From IMG/VR virus record IMGVR_UViG_3300033802_000475: DNA of 64,000 nucleotides; one strand, given 5' to 3'. The notes under the pieces were generated by a model, which saw only the letters and a list, made by a program, of their open reading frames with translations, was not told the origin of the DNA and made no database searches. This stretch comes from a virus. How positions within the stretch are numbered: position 1 is the stretch's first letter; each line of letters begins with the position of its first letter. Position numbers and translations under genes: made by a program. Shown here one piece after another: positions 45,745 through 55,689 of this stretch.

Positions 45745-46671
45745 CTCGCCCTCCTCTGGCTGAATGTCGGTGGACAGGGACCCGCCGGCGGCGGGCAGGA
45801 TGCGCCGGCTTGCGGCGCGGCTGCGCTCCGCCGCGACGGCGAGCGCGGACTCGAAGCTGCCGAGCCGGTCGAAGAGGCCGGCCTCGACGGCGTGGCGGCC
45901 GACCAGGACGCCGCCCTGGCCGTAGTCGGAGATCACCCGCTCCGCGGAGATGCCGCGGTTCCGTGCGACGGCCGCGATGAAGACCGACTCGACCTCGTTC
46001 AGGATCTCGAGGATCTGGTCCCGCCCCTCCGCGGTGCCGGGATCCACGCGCTTCTTCGGCGCATTGCTCGAGACGATGTCGTAGGTGGCGATCCCGGACT
46101 TCTCGTCGGCCTTCGTGTAGTCGCGGATCACCATGCGCGCGCCGATCGAGCCGCCCCAGGCGGTCTGGGTGCCGACGATCAGATCCATCGCGCTGGCGAG
46201 CCAGTAGCCGGCCGACGAGGCCTGACCGCCGACGTGGGCGATCATCGGCTTCGTGCCGCGGAGCTCGTAGAGGATGTCGCCGGTCTCCTCGACGCCCCAG
46301 ACCGCGCCGCCCGGCGTGTCGAAGTCGAAGACCAGGCCCTCGATCGCGCTGTCCTCAGCGAGACGGACCACGTCGCGGGCGAGCGTCTCGTAGCTCGTCA
46401 TCCCGCTCACCCGAGAGAGCAGGGTGGCGCGCTTCGTGAGCGGGCCGAAGACCGGAACGATCGCGATGCCGTCGCGCACGACGATTCGGCCGTCCTCGTC
46501 GTACGGCTCGCCCTCTCGGACCTGGACCGCGGCCTCCGGGGCGCCGAGGCTGCCGAGGAGCTCCGAGATCTCCGCGTCGCCCTCGGCGATCGCGATCATG
46601 AGGCGCAGCCACGACTCCTCGATCAGCCACGGGGCCGCGCACAGGTACTCCATGATTCGCTGGTGCTTCAC
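45289..46671 (-). CDS. S49 family prohead protease (gpC-like)
   Basis: FDFDTPGG, ASAGYWLAS, GSIGA motifs; C-terminal scaffold region. Confidence 0.92.
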   Translation of the reverse strand: MKHQRIMEYLCAAPWLIEESWLRLMIAIAEGDAEISELLGSLGAPEAAVQVREGEPYDEDGRIVVRDGIAIVPVFGPLTKRATLLSRVSGMTSYETLARDVVRLAEDSAIEGLVFDFDTPGGAVWGVEETGDILYELRGTKPMIAHVGGQASSAGYWLASAMDLIVGTQTAWGGSIGARMVIRDYTKADEKSGIATYDIVSSNAPKKRVDPGTAEGRDQILEILNEVESVFIAAVARNRGISAERVISDYGQGGVLVGRHAVEAGLFDRLGSFESALAVAAERSRAASRRILPAAGGSLSTDIQPEEGEMSQQQSTPATATTNASAAGQEVRVEVRNPDVNLAYLEQHHPGLLAEIRQAAAAAERERIVKIQASALPGQEKLVAQLVAEGASVEAAAVRLLQDVRERRLSVAASMRADEADVDGLEAGASATGAGADEGDPEAKAADFILNAGKAARATA

Positions 46672-48311
46672 AGGTCCTCCTCGTCGAGGTCTGCGCCCGC
46701 GTCGTTCGAGGTCTCCGAGCTTCCCGCGCGCTCCTCGGTCGGGGGCGACCCTTCGAGCGCGGCGTCGCGGCGGCGGACCTCCCGGCCACGCTGCGCGTAG
46801 ACGTGCTCCCAGTCAGCCCCGAAGATCCGAGCCGACTCGTCCTCGGCCGTCGTGAGCCACGCGTCGACCGCATCTCTCGCGGCGCGGATCTCGATGTCCG
46901 GCCGAACGACGCCGCGGCGGGGGCCGATCCACTTCGTGCCCAGCCACGCCGCGCGGATCAGCGGATCCTCGAAGAAACCGGGCGCATCGAGGAGCCCAAC
47001 GGCGACGCACTCGGTGATGAACAGCTCGTAGACCGGCTGGCAGAACTCGTCGACCATGAACTGCTGCCAGCTCTCGAAGAACCGGAACGCCTCGAGCATC
47101 GAGGCCTGGCTCGCCGAGTACGAGCTGCCGAAGTGCTTGATCAGCACCTCGAACGGGATGCCGAGCGCCGCGCCGATCTGCTTCATCCACGCGTGGACGA
47201 AGCCCTCGAAGCTGTGGTTGGGGCGCTTCGGATCGACGAACTCGAACGTGTCCGTGTCCGCGCCCTCGATCACGAGCCCAGACCCGAGCTTGTAGGCGCG
47301 GGACGGGCTGAGCTCGGCATCATCCCCGCCGCCGACGTCCGGCTGCTCGATCAACTGCGCCGTCTCGGGCGTCTGGCTCTTCACGATCACCGCGAAGAGC
47401 GAGTTGACGACGGCCGCGTGAAGCTCCGCGGTGCCGTAGTCCGAGAGCTGCTTTAGCGCCTCGATGATCGGGGCGAGGTAGGGCACGCCGCGGGTCTGAT
47501 TCGCCCGGGTCTGCCGGTACATCAGCCAGGCGAGCCGAAGGCCGGACCTCCGGCCCCACGCCGGCACTCTCGACCAGGTCACCGGGCCCGTCGTCAGCGC
47601 GATCCAGTCGTCTCCAGGGTGACGGCTGCGGACGTGATAGGCGACCGGCGCGCCGGCATCGTCCATCTCCACGCCGGCGACAAGGCGGTCGGTGTCCGGC
47701 TTGTCGTTCGGGTTGGAGACCCGATCGGCCTCCACGAGCTGGATCTTGAGCGAGACCAGGTCGCCCGGGCGCATTCGCTGCCGCCTTACGACGAGCAGGT
47801 CGCCGGACTCGAGCACCGACCACAGCGCCGTGTACTGCATGCCGGTGAAGGTCTGCCGGCGGCCGAAGTCGAGCTGGCGGTTGCGCGCGGCCATGCGGAA
47901 GAGCCGCTCGGCTCTCGCTTCCCACGCCTGCGCTTCGTCCTCGGTGAGACCGAGGACCTCGTGGTCGATCACCGACTTGACGCGGAAGCCGGGACCGACC
48001 GCCTCCGTCATCGCCGCGTTCATGGCGGCCAGTGCGAGCGGGAAGTTCCGGATCGCATCGCGGGACCGCGCCCGCAGCGCGGGCAGGCTCGGCAGTGTGT
48101 CGCTGTCCGCGGACCCCGCCGCCGGCGTCCACGTCTGGGTCTGCGGCCGGTCGCCCCGGGCCCCGGTGTACTGGATCAGCCCGGAGCTCAGCGCGAGCGA
48201 CGCTCGCGCGCGCCGCCTGCGAAGACCCGCCGTCGGGCTGAAGAACTCGACGACGCGGTCGATGACGTTCGGGCCCTTGCCCGGCAGGCGAAGGAGCGTG
48301 CGCTCAGACAC
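46668..48311 (-). CDS. Portal protein, lambda family
   Basis: LRARSRDAIRN, VLESGD, KIQLVEADRV, GVEMD..GAPVAYH, QTRGVP, YSASQASMLE. Confidence 0.95.
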   Translation of the reverse strand: MSERTLLRLPGKGPNVIDRVVEFFSPTAGLRRRRARASLALSSGLIQYTGARGDRPQTQTWTPAAGSADSDTLPSLPALRARSRDAIRNFPLALAAMNAAMTEAVGPGFRVKSVIDHEVLGLTEDEAQAWEARAERLFRMAARNRQLDFGRRQTFTGMQYTALWSVLESGDLLVVRRQRMRPGDLVSLKIQLVEADRVSNPNDKPDTDRLVAGVEMDDAGAPVAYHVRSRHPGDDWIALTTGPVTWSRVPAWGRRSGLRLAWLMYRQTRANQTRGVPYLAPIIEALKQLSDYGTAELHAAVVNSLFAVIVKSQTPETAQLIEQPDVGGGDDAELSPSRAYKLGSGLVIEGADTDTFEFVDPKRPNHSFEGFVHAWMKQIGAALGIPFEVLIKHFGSSYSASQASMLEAFRFFESWQQFMVDEFCQPVYELFITECVAVGLLDAPGFFEDPLIRAAWLGTKWIGPRRGVVRPDIEIRAARDAVDAWLTTAEDESARIFGADWEHVYAQRGREVRRRDAALEGSPPTEERAGSSETSNDAGADLDEEDL

Positions 48312-48519
48312 GGGGCGAGACCCTCCGCGCGACAATCCCGCCGCGCTTGAGACGCGCGATGCGCCGCTCGAGGTAGTCGCGTTCGTGCCGGAGCTGCGCG
48401 AGCTGGGCTTCCACCTGCTGACGAGACCCCTGCACCCATTGCTGGCCGTGGGTGAGCAAGCGGTCGATCGCCGCGTTGACCTTGGCCAGCCTGTCCTCGA
48501 GCTCAGCGATCGTCGCCAC
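48304..48519 (-). CDS. gpW-like head-tail adaptor
   Basis: About 70 aa between terL and portal; ELEDRLAKVNAAI...QLAQLRHERDYLE. Confidence 0.75.
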   Translation of the reverse strand: MATIAELEDRLAKVNAAIDRLLTHGQQWVQGSRQQVEAQLAQLRHERDYLERRIARLKRGGIVARRVSPRV

Positions 48520-48540
48520 CGACTCTCTCCCGGGAACGAG

Positions 48541-48617
48541 AAAAGCCCCGCGCCGCGGATCTCCGCGGAGCGGGGCCAACAAAAAGCCCGCGCCGCGAGC
48601 GTCTCGCGGAACGGGCT
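48541..48617 (-). terminator. Two tandem terminator-like hairpins between terL and gpW
   Basis: 48541-48576 and 48581-48617, GC-rich interrupted stems, each followed by a U tract on the minus strand. Confidence 0.6.
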
Positions 48618-48716
48618 GCGCCCAGTCGTGGAATGTCTTGATCGCCAGTCATCTGGCGACGCTCAGAACCTACGCGGTCCAAGTCACCGCGTCAATAGCC
48701 GCGAGGCCACCGGTGC

Positions 48717-50699
48717 CTACCTCGATCCGGTCGCCGAAAAGAGCACCCGTCCGCGCCGCCGACGCACCGGCGCCGGCGGCGCTTTGCCCGTTCGGAGCGC
48801 CTCGCCCTGCTTTCGGACCATCTCCGCAAGCTGGCCAAGGTTGTTTCGCACCGCGGGGCCGAGGACGTGCAGCATGGCGAGCACGCCCACCTCGAGGTCG
48901 ATCGCCTCGTTCGCCCCCTTCTTCTTCCACTCCACCACCCAGTCGCCGTTCGGCAGGCGCTTCCGGCGCGGCTCCTCGCGGCCGAACTGCGCGTAGAACT
49001 CGGCGTCGGCGCCGTTGTGCCACTCCGGATTCGCCGCGCGAAAGTGCATGTACCCGAACGGGACCGGCCGATCGGGATCCCACGTGAGGCGCAGCCGCGC
49101 GAAGAGCGTCGCCTTCATCGGGTGCGTGCCGATGTGGACAAGGCGGATCCCCTGCTTGTTCGGCTTCGCCGACTTCTTGATCGGCTCGCGTTGCCGGGAG
49201 GGCTGGCCCTTCGTCGCCCATACGCCTTCGGTCTGGCGGGGGCGGACGTAATCGTAGACCTCGTTCGTCCTCGATCCGTCGCCCGAGTCGACGCCGAGCA
49301 CGTGGATGCGCATCTTGGCGCCCGATTCGTGGACGTAGACTCGTTTTCGGAGCGCGTCAAGCTGCTGCCAGACCTGGGGTAGGGAGGTGTCGCCGTAGAG
49401 GCGGTGGTGGGCCACCATCCAGGACTCCTCGCGGTCTCCCCACCCACGGATCAGGACCTCGATGCGGTCGTGCTGCACGTCCGCAAAGGCCGTAAGAAGC
49501 CCCACCCCCATCGGCACCTCGACCAGGTGCCCCTCGGGGTCCCGATACTCCTCGACCCGGGCAGCAAGGCTGTTCGGATCGACCTCCTGGCCGGTCTTCT
49601 CCTCCCAGGGTTCGGCGAGTACGGTGTTGTAGAAGACCTGGAGCAGGAGCGGGTCATCCTTCGAGCGCAGGAACTCGGCGACGAGCCTCGCCCAGCTCGC
49701 GCCCGGGAAGAGCGAGATGAGCGCGTTGAAGTGGTAGCCGCGGATCGCAGCGCCCGGATTCTCGGCGATCCAACGGCCCTCCAGCACCATGCGCGTCTTG
49801 TGGCGCTCCTCGATGACGCAGGCGTTCTTCTCGCAGAGGTAGTAGACCGTCTCGGGGCGGTGGACAAACTCGCCGGGATGGACCTCCTCCTTCTCCCACT
49901 TGATGCCGTACGGTTCGTCCGGCCCGCCCCAACGTAACACCTGCTCGTGGCCGCAGTGCGGACACTTCACGTAGTAGCGCCGCTTGTCCGACATCTCGTA
50001 GAGGCGGGACGTCGGACCGCCCTTCTTGATCGGCGTCGAGATGGTGCAGATGAAGGCGTTCGGGAAGGTGAGCGTGCGCTTTTCCGCGAGCGCGGCGGGG
50101 TCGCCCTCTTCGCCGGCCGAGGTCGCATACGCGTCGCGCTCGTCGAAGAAGAGCCGCGGCGCCGACCGGCTCCGGAGGCCGCGGGGCGACTCGGCGCCGA
50201 TGATGCCGATCCAGCCTCCGGCGAACTTCTTGTAGCGGATCGTGTTGTCGCTCGACTTCGACGTCTGGGGAGCGATCTTGCCCTGGATCCGCTTTGTGTC
50301 CTCGAGGACCGGCTGGAGCTTCTCCTTGCTCCACTTCTCCGCCTCTTCCTGCGTCGGCTGCACGACGATCACCGGGGCTGGATCGACGTCGATCCAGTAG
50401 GTGATCGGCAGCCCGATGAGCCCGACCGTCGCACCGACCTGGGCCGGCTTCATGACGACCATCTCCCGGACCGTCGGGTCCGAGATCGCGTCCATCGGCT
50501 CGCGGAGGTAAGGGACACGCGAGAGGCGGAAACGCCCCGGCTCCGCGGAGGTGTTCGGAACGACGCCGTAGCGGTCGGCCCACTCGCTCAGCGTGAGCCT
50601 CGGAGAGGGACGGAACGTCTCCTCAAAGACCTTCCGCATCCTGGATCGCCAGGCGGCGAGGGCGTCCGGGTGGGTGGTCCTACGCCTCTTCATCGGCAT
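48717..50699 (-). CDS. Terminase large subunit (GpA family)
   Basis: MKPAQVGAT (Walker A), FFDERDAY, ISTP, YYVKCPHCG, FADVQHDR, VDSG, NEAIDLEV. Confidence 0.97.
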   Translation of the reverse strand: MPMKRRRTTHPDALAAWRSRMRKVFEETFRPSPRLTLSEWADRYGVVPNTSAEPGRFRLSRVPYLREPMDAISDPTVREMVVMKPAQVGATVGLIGLPITYWIDVDPAPVIVVQPTQEEAEKWSKEKLQPVLEDTKRIQGKIAPQTSKSSDNTIRYKKFAGGWIGIIGAESPRGLRSRSAPRLFFDERDAYATSAGEEGDPAALAEKRTLTFPNAFICTISTPIKKGGPTSRLYEMSDKRRYYVKCPHCGHEQVLRWGGPDEPYGIKWEKEEVHPGEFVHRPETVYYLCEKNACVIEERHKTRMVLEGRWIAENPGAAIRGYHFNALISLFPGASWARLVAEFLRSKDDPLLLQVFYNTVLAEPWEEKTGQEVDPNSLAARVEEYRDPEGHLVEVPMGVGLLTAFADVQHDRIEVLIRGWGDREESWMVAHHRLYGDTSLPQVWQQLDALRKRVYVHESGAKMRIHVLGVDSGDGSRTNEVYDYVRPRQTEGVWATKGQPSRQREPIKKSAKPNKQGIRLVHIGTHPMKATLFARLRLTWDPDRPVPFGYMHFRAANPEWHNGADAEFYAQFGREEPRRKRLPNGDWVVEWKKKGANEAIDLEVGVLAMLHVLGPAVRNNLGQLAEMVRKQGEALRTGKAPPAPVRRRRGRVLFSATGSR

Positions 50700-51198
50700 C
50701 GTCGTCGCTTGCGCCTTCGCCCTCGATCTCCTGTCCCGCCTCGCGCAGCGCCTCGATCACCTCCTCGATGGCGGGGTCGAGGCGAGCGATTACCTCCTGC
50801 GGCGTCTCGCAGCCGACCAGGACCGAGGACCATCGGTGCTTGAAGGACTTGAGGAGAGCGGCGGCGGTCTCGAGCGGCTCTCGGACCAGCTTCTCGACGT
50901 CGTCGATATGGATCACCTCGCCCCGGAGCTGGGCGAGGCGGATTTCCTTCATTTCCGCGTCGGCGATGGCCGCGCGGAGCTCCGCCTCCTGGATCGACTC
51001 CTCGACCGACGTGCGCTTGCCCTTCGCCTCCTCGACCTTGTACTGGATGTAGCGATGGTTACTTTCGGGCCACGGGTAAACCTTTTTCCCGTGGGCATCT
51101 ATCTCGGCTCGCAGAATGCCGTCCCGCTCCAGATTCCGGATCTGGCGGGTGGTGAGCCCAAGCAGGCGCGAGAGGTCCGACTGGTTGACGCGTTGCAC
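50680..51198 (-). CDS. Terminase small subunit (Nu1-like)
   Basis: VNQSDLSRLLGLTTRQIRNL winged HTH, coiled coil, LRGEVI. Confidence 0.9.
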   Translation of the reverse strand: MQRVNQSDLSRLLGLTTRQIRNLERDGILRAEIDAHGKKVYPWPESNHRYIQYKVEEAKGKRTSVEESIQEAELRAAIADAEMKEIRLAQLRGEVIHIDDVEKLVREPLETAAALLKSFKHRWSSVLVGCETPQEVIARLDPAIEEVIEALREAGQEIEGEGASDDDADEEA

Positions 51199-51199
51199 G

Positions 51200-51400
51200 G
51201 CGCACGGTCAGTCACGCCGGAAACGGAAGCCATCCCGGCGAGGGCCTGTGACTAGCGAAATGTCGCGGGCGGGCGCGATCCTCGCCCCGGGGGGGGCCGG
51301 GAGGACCCGCGGGGAGGGGGCGGCCGCCCCGCCGGCGCCCGGGGCGCCGTAGGCCGCGACCGCGCAAGTCGTTGCGCTCCAATGTTTTCCGTCCGTGCTC
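51200..51400. other. Candidate cos/packaging region
   Basis: Non-coding GC-rich stretch directly upstream of terS; minus strand CGCGGGTCCTCCC...TTTCGCTAG; positional analogy with lambda cos only. Confidence 0.35.
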
Positions 51401-51827
51401 ATGTCATTGCCCTCGCCTTCTCGCCCGCCGAGAGCGAGCGCGCGACCTCGAGGAGGAAGGCGACCTCATCCGGGGTGAGGTCGGGCACCTGCTGAAGAGC
51501 GAGGCGAAGGTCCGCCTCGCCGCGCCCCCGCTTGCGGATCTTCGCAACGACCCGGGCGCTCGGCCGGATGCCTACGCTCACGCGGACCACGATCAGGTAC
51601 CAATGGCTGCAGCGCCGGCACTTGCGCTCGAAGGCGACCACGCCGATCGCGGCGACGGCGATCACCTCGCGCCAGTGATACTGGCCGCATGGGCAGGCAA
51701 TCTGCTGCTCGATCGCCGCGGAACTGTACACCACGTCTCCCTCGCCTAGATGGATAACAGCCCGAGCCCCGTCCTCGTGGACGGTGCGCGGGCTGCGCCC
51801 AGTCGTGTAATGTCCTCCAAGCTTCAA
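51399..51827 (-). CDS. Zn-ribbon hypothetical protein
   Basis: CPCG and CRRC motifs. Confidence 0.55.
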   Translation of the reverse strand: MKLGGHYTTGRSPRTVHEDGARAVIHLGEGDVVYSSAAIEQQIACPCGQYHWREVIAVAAIGVVAFERKCRRCSHWYLIVVRVSVGIRPSARVVAKIRKRGRGEADLRLALQQVPDLTPDEVAFLLEVARSLSAGEKARAMT

Positions 51828-51858
51828 GGTGCGTCCTCAGTCGTTGATGGTCAAGCGT

Positions 51859-52191
51859 TTACCGCGTTGGCGGCGTTGATGCGTCTCTCAGCTGTGCGCG
51901 GCGCCGACGCTCTCGCTCTCGGGTTCCGCCACGCCCCGCACCCGACCGGATCACCGTCGCCACTGCGGGGAAAGGGCCGTCGCCGGGCACGATCAGCGCC
52001 CGGAACGCGTACGGGCGGCGAACGCGAACGTAGTAGCCCTTGCCGCTGTGCGCCGGGCGGGGCTCGCTCGTGGTCTCCTCTAGTCCACGGATGATCGCGC
52101 CGAGCGCCTGGCCGTAGCTCAGGTGCGGGGCAATGCGCTCGCGAAATCGCTCGACGGCGTGGGGCGTGACGAAGTAGCGACCGGCGATCAC
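51859..52191 (-). CDS. Hypothetical protein (TxHAxERF motif, DUF4258-like)
   Basis: FVTPHAVERFRER. Confidence 0.5.
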   Translation of the reverse strand: MIAGRYFVTPHAVERFRERIAPHLSYGQALGAIIRGLEETTSEPRPAHSGKGYYVRVRRPYAFRALIVPGDGPFPAVATVIRSGAGRGGTRERERRRRAQLRDASTPPTR

Positions 52192-52198
52192 GCGGGCC

Positions 52199-52546
52199 TC
52201 AATCTCTTACCCAGTACCATCCGCCGCGTCCCCGATACCAGCGTGCGAACCCACACCGCTCGTGTAGCCGCTGGGACGCCGTGTTGCCGTCGTGCACGTA
52301 CGCGAAGAGCGGGACGTGCAGGTCTCGATACGCCTGCTCGGCGAGCCGGCGGCCGCGGTACTCGGGAAGCACATAGATCGGGCCGACCCTCATCCGGCCG
52401 CGGCCGGCGGGATGCGGGCAGTAGAATCCGACGGGGCGCTCGCGCCCGTCCTCCTCCCGTGCGACGATCGGTACGGCCTTCAGCGTCGGCGGCCGGATCC
52501 GCCAGCCTTCCGCCGCCGCCCGCTGGATGATCTCCTCGAGGGTCAT
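52199..52546 (-). CDS. GNAT family acetyltransferase
   Basis: IYVLPEYRGRRLA (motif A), NTASQRLHERCGF (motif B). Confidence 0.85.
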   Translation of the reverse strand: MTLEEIIQRAAAEGWRIRPPTLKAVPIVAREEDGRERPVGFYCPHPAGRGRMRVGPIYVLPEYRGRRLAEQAYRDLHVPLFAYVHDGNTASQRLHERCGFARWYRGRGGWYWVRD

Positions 52547-53193
52547 CGATCCTCTCCCGGAACAGGTCCAAATACACGGCGATACGTCTCGGACTGACGG
52601 ATCCCCCGGTGGCCCGGTAGCGTGGAGGGCACGGCCCGATGCTGCACGAGCGAGGGCACGTGCACGAGCATCTTCGCCCGCCGGCGCGAAAGCCACGCGC
52701 CCAGGAGCAGATCCGCGGCATGCCGGTGCTCCGGGTGCGCCTCGTACCAAGCCGGCGCCCATTCACCGAATCCGCGCATCACCGAGGCCCTGAGCAGCAC
52801 CGCTTGCATCATGCAGAACGAGCTCGGCGGCTGCGACCGCCACCGCTCGCCCCGCTCGAGCATGGCCATGTCCTGGCTGGACCTGGAGAAGAGCGAGACC
52901 GCGCCGACCTCGGGGGCGACCGCCATCCGCTGCAGGGGAATCGCGGCCTGAACGCCGAAGTTCGGAGCGAGCCAGACATCGTCCTCGAGGGCCAGAATGA
53001 GCGGCCGATCGATCTCGAGAGCGAGCTCAATCAGGGTGGGGAAATCAGATCGAGGATCACCGCCCGGCGAGTGGCGCCAGATCACGATCTCAGCTCCTCT
53101 GCATTCCCGTACGGTCCTCCGCACGAGCTCGTCGAGCAAGGCACTGCGCTCGGGCATCGTCGGAATCGCGACGACGACGTCGCGCCAGGTCAC
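52543..53193 (-). CDS. GT-A fold glycosyltransferase-like protein
   Basis: VVVAIPTMPER, LILALEDDV (DxD-type), HVPSLVQH. Confidence 0.75.
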   Translation of the reverse strand: MTWRDVVVAIPTMPERSALLDELVRRTVRECRGAEIVIWRHSPGGDPRSDFPTLIELALEIDRPLILALEDDVWLAPNFGVQAAIPLQRMAVAPEVGAVSLFSRSSQDMAMLERGERWRSQPPSSFCMMQAVLLRASVMRGFGEWAPAWYEAHPEHRHAADLLLGAWLSRRRAKMLVHVPSLVQHRAVPSTLPGHRGIRQSETYRRVFGPVPGEDR

Positions 53194-54251
53194 AGCCTGT
53201 CCCACCAGAGTTCTCTCAGCCGTTCGGGGGAGCGACGTCGCACCGGGACGTTGTTCTCCCAGTCGTTGATCAAGAGCTGGCGCACGTGCTCCCTGCACGT
53301 CGCCTCGTCGTCGCCCTGGCGCTCCAAGCGCTTTCGGATCCGCTCCATCTGCTCGAGCGGGGTAGAGGCGACCAGGTAGTCCCGGTATTCCCTCCAGGAG
53401 GCGAATCGCGAGGGCAGGCGCCGCGCGTTGAAGATCTCCTCCTCCGCGTAGAGCGCGGCGAAGTGCGTCCCGCCGAGCCGGCGGAGCAGCCGCTCGTACG
53501 TCTCCGGCTCGATCTCCTGCAGCGTCGCGAGCGCGCGGTACGACTGCTCGTGCAGGAGGAACGAGACGCGCATCGTCCGCTCGTTCACGCCGCGAAGCCG
53601 ATAGAGCCGATCATAGACGCGATTGTAGGGCAGGCCATAATCGGCGATGTACTTCCAGACGTCGCCAAATGCCCAGTCGAAGAGCGGATAGAACCGGTAG
53701 TTCCCCTCTCCGGGCGCGGCAGTGCTCCAACCGATCCCGCGATATCCCGGGTTCGCCTTCGCCGCCCGCCACCGGTTCAGACTCTCGCGTGAACGGAGCC
53801 CGACGAGGAATGCGGTCGGCTCCGGTGAGGAGGCCTCGAACCAGGGGAAGAAGTCGTAGAACCGGTCGGGTGCGCCCGGGGCGGCGTGGATCGCGATCTC
53901 CGACTTCGGCCGCATCCACTCCTCGCCCTCGCCCCACGCATGCAGCCAGATGTCGCGGTGGCTCGTCGCGTTCGTCATCCGAAGCGGAACCTGGAACCAA
54001 CGCGGGGTGACTGCGGGATGCCGCATCTCCCGCTCGATCACCTCGATCGTGCCTGCGTACTCCGCTTCCTGGTCCAGGAAGAAGACCTCCACCTTCCGGC
54101 CACGCCGCTCGGCCTCGGTCACGGCGAGGTGCCACAGCACCTGCGAATCCTTCCCGCCCGAGACGGAGATGACGACTCGGCCGAAGTGGTCGAAGACGTA
54201 CGCAACCCGCCGGCGCGCCGCGTCGAGCACGGACTCGGTTGTGGTCACCAT
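53190..54251 (-). CDS. IbrA/YbdN-like PAPS reductase family protein (DUF3440)
   Basis: ISVSGGKDS PP-loop, FFLDQEAEY, LVGLRSRESLNRW, YPLFDW..GDVW, LINDW. Confidence 0.9.
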   Translation of the reverse strand: MVTTTESVLDAARRRVAYVFDHFGRVVISVSGGKDSQVLWHLAVTEAERRGRKVEVFFLDQEAEYAGTIEVIEREMRHPAVTPRWFQVPLRMTNATSHRDIWLHAWGEGEEWMRPKSEIAIHAAPGAPDRFYDFFPWFEASSPEPTAFLVGLRSRESLNRWRAAKANPGYRGIGWSTAAPGEGNYRFYPLFDWAFGDVWKYIADYGLPYNRVYDRLYRLRGVNERTMRVSFLLHEQSYRALATLQEIEPETYERLLRRLGGTHFAALYAEEEIFNARRLPSRFASWREYRDYLVASTPLEQMERIRKRLERQGDDEATCREHVRQLLINDWENNVPVRRRSPERLRELWWDRL

Positions 54252-55033
54252 CCGGCAGCCTCCGCCTTGTCCGCGATCGCGTTCGTGAGGGTCACGTATT
54301 CGAGGAGCCGCCCGACCAGGTAGCGGTCCACGGGCAGGTCCGTCGCGACGATCCGGGGCACGGCTGCGCCGCGCCGGAAAAGCCGGGCGGGAGTCGGTAC
54401 GGCCCGGCGGGGTTCTGCCTGCTGAGCGAATGCGGCGAGCCGGCGGATGATCCCGGCGACAGTCTTCTCGTTCGCGAAGGCCTCCTCCTTCACCGCGGCG
54501 TAATCGGCGTGCACCCGGGACGGCGCCTCGATCGTCTCGACTTCGATCTCGGGGAACCGGAACGGCTCGTCGCCGGCCACGACCCCATCCATCGCGCGCA
54601 GGACCGCCTCGACGCCGAACGGGTCGGACGTGCGGAGCTCGTGCGCGTTCTTCCAGCGCGTCTCGGCGAGGAACGAGTCCGTGAAACCCCAGCGCTCGGC
54701 GCCGACGGCGTAGAAGTGCCACCACATCCGCCACGGCTCGGAGACGAAGAGGACCTCGTCGACGGAGATGCGGTGGAGATGCGGCCGCGGCCGGAGCAGG
54801 ACCTGGCCGAGCTTCACCCGGTTCGACGGTGTCATGAGCCGGGAGAGGCCGACGACGACCATTGTCCCGGGCGCGCCGAGCCATTCCTCCCGCCGCTCGA
54901 GGAGCGTCGCGAGCTCGACGACCGGGAGCCCGACCGGCGTGGGGTATCCGGGCGCGACGACCGCGAACGCCCGGTCCGGGTCGCTGAGGAGCGCCGCGTC
55001 AAACGGCCGGGTCGTCAGGTAGATCCTCGCCAT
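54245..55033 (-). CDS. Hypothetical protein (possibly a degenerate SNF2-like domain)
   Basis: 262 aa between IbrB- and IbrA-like genes; no intact Walker A; fold guess is weak. Confidence 0.5.
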   Translation of the reverse strand: MARIYLTTRPFDAALLSDPDRAFAVVAPGYPTPVGLPVVELATLLERREEWLGAPGTMVVVGLSRLMTPSNRVKLGQVLLRPRPHLHRISVDEVLFVSEPWRMWWHFYAVGAERWGFTDSFLAETRWKNAHELRTSDPFGVEAVLRAMDGVVAGDEPFRFPEIEVETIEAPSRVHADYAAVKEEAFANEKTVAGIIRRLAAFAQQAEPRRAVPTPARLFRRGAAVPRIVATDLPVDRYLVGRLLEYVTLTNAIADKAEAAGW

Positions 55034-55679
55034 CCCGTCCCGTCCATGCGCGGGTGTATTCCGGCGCCGCGAGAAGCCGTGCGACGCCGACGACCTGCTT
55101 CAGCCGGAGCAGCTCCTCGACGCTCATGCCGAGGTGCTTTGCGATCCGCTCGTCGCTCCACCCCTCGTGGAGGAGGGCGCGAACGAGCGCGCCCATGAGC
55201 TCGACCTGGTGCTTCCCCCGGGCTCGGTTGTGCCGGACCGTCGCCGCCATCCGATCGGCGAGCGGCCGATCGATCACCGACGACGGCACGTAGCGCCGGC
55301 CGAGACGTTCGGTGATCACCTTCCGGCGGTGGAACCCGTCGACGACCTCCCACTCGGCGGCCGCCGGATCCTCGACGGTGACCACGGGCATCGTGACCCC
55401 GTCCTCGCGGATCGAGACCTCGAGGAGGTCCAGCTCCGGCGCCGCGACAACGTTCGGGTTGTACGTGTTCGCCCGGACGCGTTCGGCGGGCAGAAGCTGG
55501 ATCGCGAGAACAGGGTCGTCACAGACGTCCGAGACCAGCGCGCGGATCTCCCGCGTCAGGCGGTTGTAGACGGCGACTCGGACATCCGCCGGCGCCGCGC
55601 TTAACCGCCGGATCGCGCGGACGGCATCGTCGATCCGCTCCTCCGTGGTCCGAATCATGTCGGTCGCGGTATTCATCAT
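54999..55679 (-). CDS. IbrB/YbdM-like ParB/Srx-domain protein
   Basis: RANTYNPNVV, EVVDGFHR, RMAATVRHNRARGKH. Confidence 0.9.
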   Translation of the reverse strand: MMNTATDMIRTTEERIDDAVRAIRRLSAAPADVRVAVYNRLTREIRALVSDVCDDPVLAIQLLPAERVRANTYNPNVVAAPELDLLEVSIREDGVTMPVVTVEDPAAAEWEVVDGFHRRKVITERLGRRYVPSSVIDRPLADRMAATVRHNRARGKHQVELMGALVRALLHEGWSDERIAKHLGMSVEELLRLKQVVGVARLLAAPEYTRAWTGRDGEDLPDDPAV

Positions 55680-55689
55680 CTCCCTCGGG

